DNA of 64,000 nt from positions 65,968,001 through 66,032,000 of the forward strand of contig CM060733.1 in the NCBI GenBank assembly GCA_030704615.1. The letters run 5' to 3'. Source of the stretch: Takakia lepidozioides. Lineage: Eukaryota > Plantae > Bryophyta. Positions 59,001 to 64,000 of the stretch are shown in pieces. The notes beneath the pieces were generated by a model that saw only the letters and a list, made by a program, of their open reading frames with translations, ran no database searches and had not been told where the DNA came from. The position numbers were made by a program, and so were the translations under genes. Numbering within the stretch: the stretch's first letter is position 1; each line of letters begins with the position of its first letter.

Positions 59001-61482
59001 CAATGATGATGTCAGGGCAGTATTTGAAACTGCAATAGTGAGAGTGAGTGTGAGTGTTAACATGACTTTTTGTGGTCATTAACATAGGGTAGTGTTGTGC
59101 TGGTGATTACTCTTCTGCATTAGCTGCATTTGTCACTCAGCTCTCTGTATTACTGCAGACATAGTGACTAGGTTAGTGGGCGCGGGGATACCAATATTGG
59201 TTGCATCCCAACAGTATGTCTGACAAACCTCTGTTCAATCACTGTTGTCACAGAATGGTATGTCGCTCGTCAGGTTGACCATGCTAGCATACTGAGCTGG
59301 TACATGACAAATGCAGGCAAAGGAGCGAGGCCGAAGTCCATCGTTGCATGAAATCCAGGAAGGTTCAGTAAGCAGAACATTGACCAGCGAGCGGATGGTG
59401 AGATCCACGTGATCATTCTTTCTCCCATTTTTTGTCGATTATTTTGTTCTAGGCATTTTCCCTACCAACGGCATGATGTTCTCATGTTGTTCATGGACTT
59501 GCGTGGACCTGGCAGGAGGGGACCTCTGGGTATTCAGCAATTGCTCGCAAAGTGGAGGATATGGAAAGAGCACAGGGTGCACAACACAAAGATATGATGG
59601 ATTTGAAGGCTACAATATCGCATGTGATGATGTACCAGAAGGCCATGGCTGAGAAATTTGGGATCAGCATTTCCTCACCTGCCTTAGTGGGCTCATCCAT
59701 AGCAAACAGCTCGTGCATCGCTGGCCCTTCAGCCTCAAGACGTCTGGAGGACAGGTTTGACTTGCCTGGCATGTCACCAGGTAACGTCACTCCCGTTGAT
59801 GCATTCGAGGATGATGTGCAGGTGGAGCATGTTGGCCCAGGTGGAGGGGACGACACCCCTACCAAGGAACTTACGCGTCCTCGTGCAGTTCTGTCACACT
59901 GTGCGGTAGTGGAGGCGCATGCAGAACTCCGGCCTGCTGCTGTCGCGGTGGGGGCATCTGAGACAACCCTGGACATTGACCTTGTTTCCCCGCGGGCAGA
60001 TATTACCCAGCAACCCACGGTTGTCACTTCCACTCCCAACCTTCAATTAATGTCGGAGAATGTCGTGCACACAATAGTGGAGAAGGGCAAGCATTTGCTC
60101 ATCCTAGATATTAATGGATTGTTGTGTGAGTGCGTCCATGTCGGGAGCGGTAATGCGTTTGTGGTTCCAAATGGCCTTGAGCACAAATTATGTGGTAGCA
60201 AGATGGTCGTTGTAAGGCCTGGTTGCAAAGCTTTTTTGGACAAGTGTTTCGAACACTTTGAAGTGGCAGCATGGTCTTGTATGCAACCACGTAACTTCCT
60301 ACCCACAGTGGACTGGCTTTTCCATGGGCACCGTGACCTTGCATTCAAGTGGGATGGGGGATATTGTGAGCAGTCCACTGACATGGATGGGAGCCTGCCC
60401 ATGAAACCACGGTTTCTGAAGAACCTATCTACAGTGTGGCGGGACAACTGTGTCTGGAATCCTGAAACCACTCTTCTTGTTGACGACACACCGCACAAGG
60501 GGTCAAAAAATCCAGCATACAGCGCCATTTTCCCACTGCCTTGGAGAAGTCGTTCTGTAGAGGCGCACAATGATAATTTCCTTCTGACCAGCTTATGGCC
60601 CTTCTTGGAGGGGGCAGCTAAGGCTCCGAGCATTCCAGAATATCTCAAAGGGCAACCCACATTTGGGCAACAAGCTATCAGCCCTCGAGCCATTCAGCCT
60701 CGCCAGGTAACATACTTTGTAGTGTGGTACACAGTGCCAGACATTAGAGGCATTTTTGTGTGACTCCCTTGTGCCATTGCCAGCCTCATTTGTGCTTAAG
60801 TTGTGGCAGTAAAACATGTTGTGATAGAGTTTGTCAAATTACTGTCGCAGTGTCAACTGTAGGCATTGACAGTTTGGGTGCATCTTATTGTGTTAGTGTA
60901 ATTTGAGTTCCCAGTGTAGATAATATACATTTTTGGTGCTTGTTGGTTGGTTGTAGGTGCTTGGCCACGAACGAGGCCCCCCAAATCAAAGGGCAGCACA
61001 CCTTCACCCTTTGAGGAAGCCGACACCACTGATCCCTGATTCGCAGAATGGGGTAAGTGTATGCATCTGCTATTCTCCCCTTCCCGACCTGGATAGACAA
61101 ATTGTTATTAGCTCCTTGTAGACCTTGTAGACACAATACGTTCCACGATCCATGTTCCACAATTCTCATGCAATCTGCCATGTTTGGGCTGGGATGGCAG
61201 TTCGTGGTGGGAGACCATGTCAAGCTCATAGACACTGTTTCGCGATCAACAGCCGGATCTGGCCGCATTGCTGGTCTCCAAGGGATGGAGGTGAGTGAAG
61301 GGTACCCTGTTGTGCCAGAAGGCTATGTGGCCATCCACATTGATGATGTCCGCATTCCCAATGCCCCTCTACCATATCACAACAAATCCATGAAGCCTCA
61401 TCACACTGAGTTGGGAGACACTGTAGGTTACATTACTGTGTGGAGTGACAAACTAGTGAAGACCTTGCAGACAAAGAGATGA
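56066..61482 (+). pseudogene. Spliced CACTA TnpA-like gene: Pro-rich region, Ptta/Transposase_24-like region, NIF/FCP1 HAD-phosphatase-like domain, Tnp1-like tail
   Basis: HWDRLVSYWQT...KTGRGG; LLILDINGLL...VRPGCKAFL...AWSC...KNLSTVW...LLVDDTPHK; AGSGRI...YVAIHIDDV...PLPY...LGDTVGYITVW. Confidence 0.7.
57116..58880 (+). mobile_element. Two tandem 3' LINE ORF2 fragments in an intron
   Basis: 57116-57693 is near-identical to 58301-58880; KFKLRAGS...CPLCGQSEDSIHFLIHCP CCHC tail; VRGEFG...RYPK post-RT motif. Confidence 0.78.
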
Positions 61483-62702
61483 GGCAGGTCGGCTAGCATC
61501 GTGGATTTCTTGGGGATTTCCACCTGTGCCTCATCCGGATTTGGCAACTACGGTAACTTATAGTAGTGACAGTTTCTCTGAATTGACTGTCCAATTTTGA
61601 TAGCAATCACATGTTGGATTTTCTCATGCATGTTGTTGCAAACTTATGCCTCATTAATGAGCAATGTGGTGGTAGGTGGTATGTCCCCATTGCACACACT
61701 ATGGTTGGTTATGTTGTTGCTGTTCATATGTGGTTGATAATGGTGATGCTGGATGGTGATGTTGCTGCTATTGTGGTCTTTCAGAATTACGTCCGTGCCA
61801 CTTTTGTGCCACTTCTGTGCCTAAAGTCTTGCTGTATACATGATTGTGATGTTGTATGGCATATGCACGTGGCACCCTATTGGCTGCCTCTGTGGCATAT
61901 CCACGTGTCCGTCTAGAGTCATAACCATGAGTACCGAACCCAATATGATACGTGTATGAGCATATTACATTCCGACACGTGACCCCCTAAGGTCCCCGCG
62001 CAGTTGGTCCTATGACTCCATATGCAGAACGTCCAGTCAAATGTATGTCTACGAAGCAGCACGTGAGGTTTAGAGGATCGTGCACGTGGCACCACCTGGG
62101 ACTACAACGTCCTCATGGAATCCCCTGTTCATGGAATATACTGTACTGCGCCAGTCGTAGGTATGACTGGCAAGAATCCACCACAGCTCTCGAAAGTCCA
62201 GCACGTGGGCACACACGAACGTGGCATATGGTGTCCCCAGATGCTGCCACGTGTTGACCCCAAATTTCCCCCCATGAAGACATACATGTGACTGCAAAGC
62301 CCCGTCCCCCACAGTGACACATGGCAATGATATGTCGCACCACGCGTTTCTTCTATGACGCGACACGTGCTGTCGTTTAATTCCCTCGTCCGCTGTCATA
62401 GCTGGCAGTGAGGGCTGGCGTCGCAGTCTGACACGTGGCATGTTCTGTAGCCACCACGTGTCTGTCTGACACCGCGGCTGACATGGACTACACTGTCCGT
62501 TCAGTCATTCAGTAATGCCAGCGTGTATGACTACCCCCACAGCTGCTCTGGCGCCACGTGACAGCCAGCCTGGAGAGTCATATCTGCCATGTCACAACTG
62601 ACTAGGTCTTTACGTCTTCAGAGTCAGGAAGTCGTAAATGGCTTCCATGACTGTATTTGTAGTCATAACACAGAGACGTAAAAGCCGCTTTTTGTTGTAG
62701 TG

Positions 62703-64000
62703 AAGGCTAGGGAGGACAGAAGGATAAGGAAAGAGTTGGTAGCAACTGAGACAGGTAGACGGGTGCAAAAGTTCATATGTGATTCAGCGGATGAGAGCGA
62801 TGCAGACAGGGAGGACGACAACCCAACGGAGGTGAGATGGTCGGTTCCACAAGGGGAAGATGGGATTTTTGAAAGCCTGGCCAACGAGCAGTCCGCAGGA
62901 CATGAGAAAGGCAATGACGGGGTGGAAGCGGAGCAGGACAGTCAAGGACAGGACGACGATAGTGATGATTTTCAAGATTAGTAGAATTTTAATTAACTCT
63001 CTGTACATTTAAATTCTCTTCCAGAGTATATAAAGGAAATTATCCCCGTCCTTCATGTCCCCTCTCCCATGTGCTTCTCAACGACACCATCGTCCAAACC
63101 ACGTCCCTCCCAAAATCGGAAATGCGGCACCACATTTCCATGTCGGAACGGAAATGTAGCAACTGCAAAAACCTCGTTTGGAAATGCGGCACCGCATTTC
63201 CAAAACCGGGGCAAGAACAATTTTTCGTTTCATGGTTTGGACATCAGAAACTGTTCGGCCGAACAGAAATGCGGTGCCGCATTTCCGTTTTTGACACGGC
63301 AGTTTTGCCGATTGCCAGCTCCTTCCATGGAGGTAAATGGAAATGCCACCCCGCATGCGGAGGTCGAACACGTTATTTAAATGGCGGACATGGAAATGCG
63401 GTGCCGCATTTCCATTTTGGAAATGGAAGTTTTTCCAACTCCAGACCCATCGACGGAACTGCGGCTCCGCATTCCATGATGCTGGACGGGAATGCGGCAC
63501 CGCATTCCATTGTCCAATAAGAAATTTTGATGACGTACATGGAAATGCGGCGCCGCATTTCCAGAACGGACATCGTTGTTTGTCCAATTCCAGACCCTTG
63601 GACGGAAATGCGGCACCGCATTCCATTGTCCAATACGAAATTTTGATGACGGACATGGAAATGCGGTGCCGCATTTCCAGAACGGACATCGTTGATTGTC
63701 CAATTCCAAACCCTTCCACGGAAATGCGGCACCACATTCCATTGTCCAAGAAGAAAATTTGATGACGGACATGGAAATGCGGTGCCGCATTTCCAGAACG
63801 GACATGGACAAGCATTGGCGATTGGACATGCTTGGCCAATTCAAGGTCTAATATGGAAATGCAGTGCCGCATTTCCAATTCGAAGTATGGTAATGCCATG
63901 TCAAGAAATGAAATGCGGTACAGCATTTCCGTTACGACCACAATGGAGGAAAGGGAGCTGCCAGAAATCGCTGCATGGAGAAAAATGAAATGCGGACCCA
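62703..64000 (+). mobile_element. MULE-clan fragment: end of the ParB-MTase last exon (62703-62981) plus about 15 GGAAATGCGG palindromes (63118-64000)
   Basis: KAREDRR...VRWSVPQGEDGIFE matches 2565-2975 and 45780-45860; the array matches 45246-45798 in opposite orientation. Confidence 0.8.

Larger units (their letters stand above)
51933..62702. mobile_element. CACTA/En-Spm element, left end lost, right TIR intact
   Basis: ...TTTTTGTTGTAGTG at 62689-62702 is the reverse complement of CACTACAA; CACGTG-rich subterminal repeats at 61860-62590; TnpD- and TnpA-like genes. Confidence 0.88.

Noticed and set aside
63069-63988. Multiple overlapping ORFs (KCGTAFP, EMRCRIS, GNAAPHF repeats)
   Set aside because: Artefacts of translating the stop-free palindrome array on both strands.
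63118-64000. CRISPR array (palindromic repeats with spacers; also 45246-45798 and 17684-17873)
   Set aside because: Spacers are themselves repeated in higher-order units, lengths are irregular in the GGAAATGCGG arrays, there are no cas genes, and the context is intron-containing eukaryotic TEs.
1-64000. tRNA, rRNA or other structured RNA genes
   Set aside because: None recognised by eye; an Infernal/tRNAscan run would be needed to exclude them.

Overview
Eukaryotic land-plant DNA, probably a non-seed plant (inferred from the gene and TE content). One clear host gene, a single-exon F-box protein (32530-33684), sits in a dense nest of transposons. Left arm: ends of two Mutator-like (MULE) elements, a decayed Ty3/Gypsy retrotransposon whose pol carries a C5-cytosine methyltransferase and a PHD finger, a 690-bp fold-back, and a CAGAC-rich Ulp1-carrying element. 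A ~10.9-kb MULE (17411-28276, with target-site duplication) has inserted into that last element. Right arm: a LINE fragment, a decayed MULE transposase, another MULE of the same clan, a truncated chromoviral Gypsy, and a CACTA element whose TnpA-like gene carries a NIF/FCP1-type HAD phosphatase domain. Main result: this MULE clan carries a spliced cargo gene combining a ParB/Srx-like domain (DGNHR) with a beta-class N4C/N6A amino-methyltransferase-like fold. It occurs as two long copies plus three fragments, and each element lineage has its own repeated 17-22-bp palindrome, reminiscent of parS. A second, unnamed cargo family (RWNCC motif) occurs three times. All assignments come from reading motifs by eye; no searches were run.
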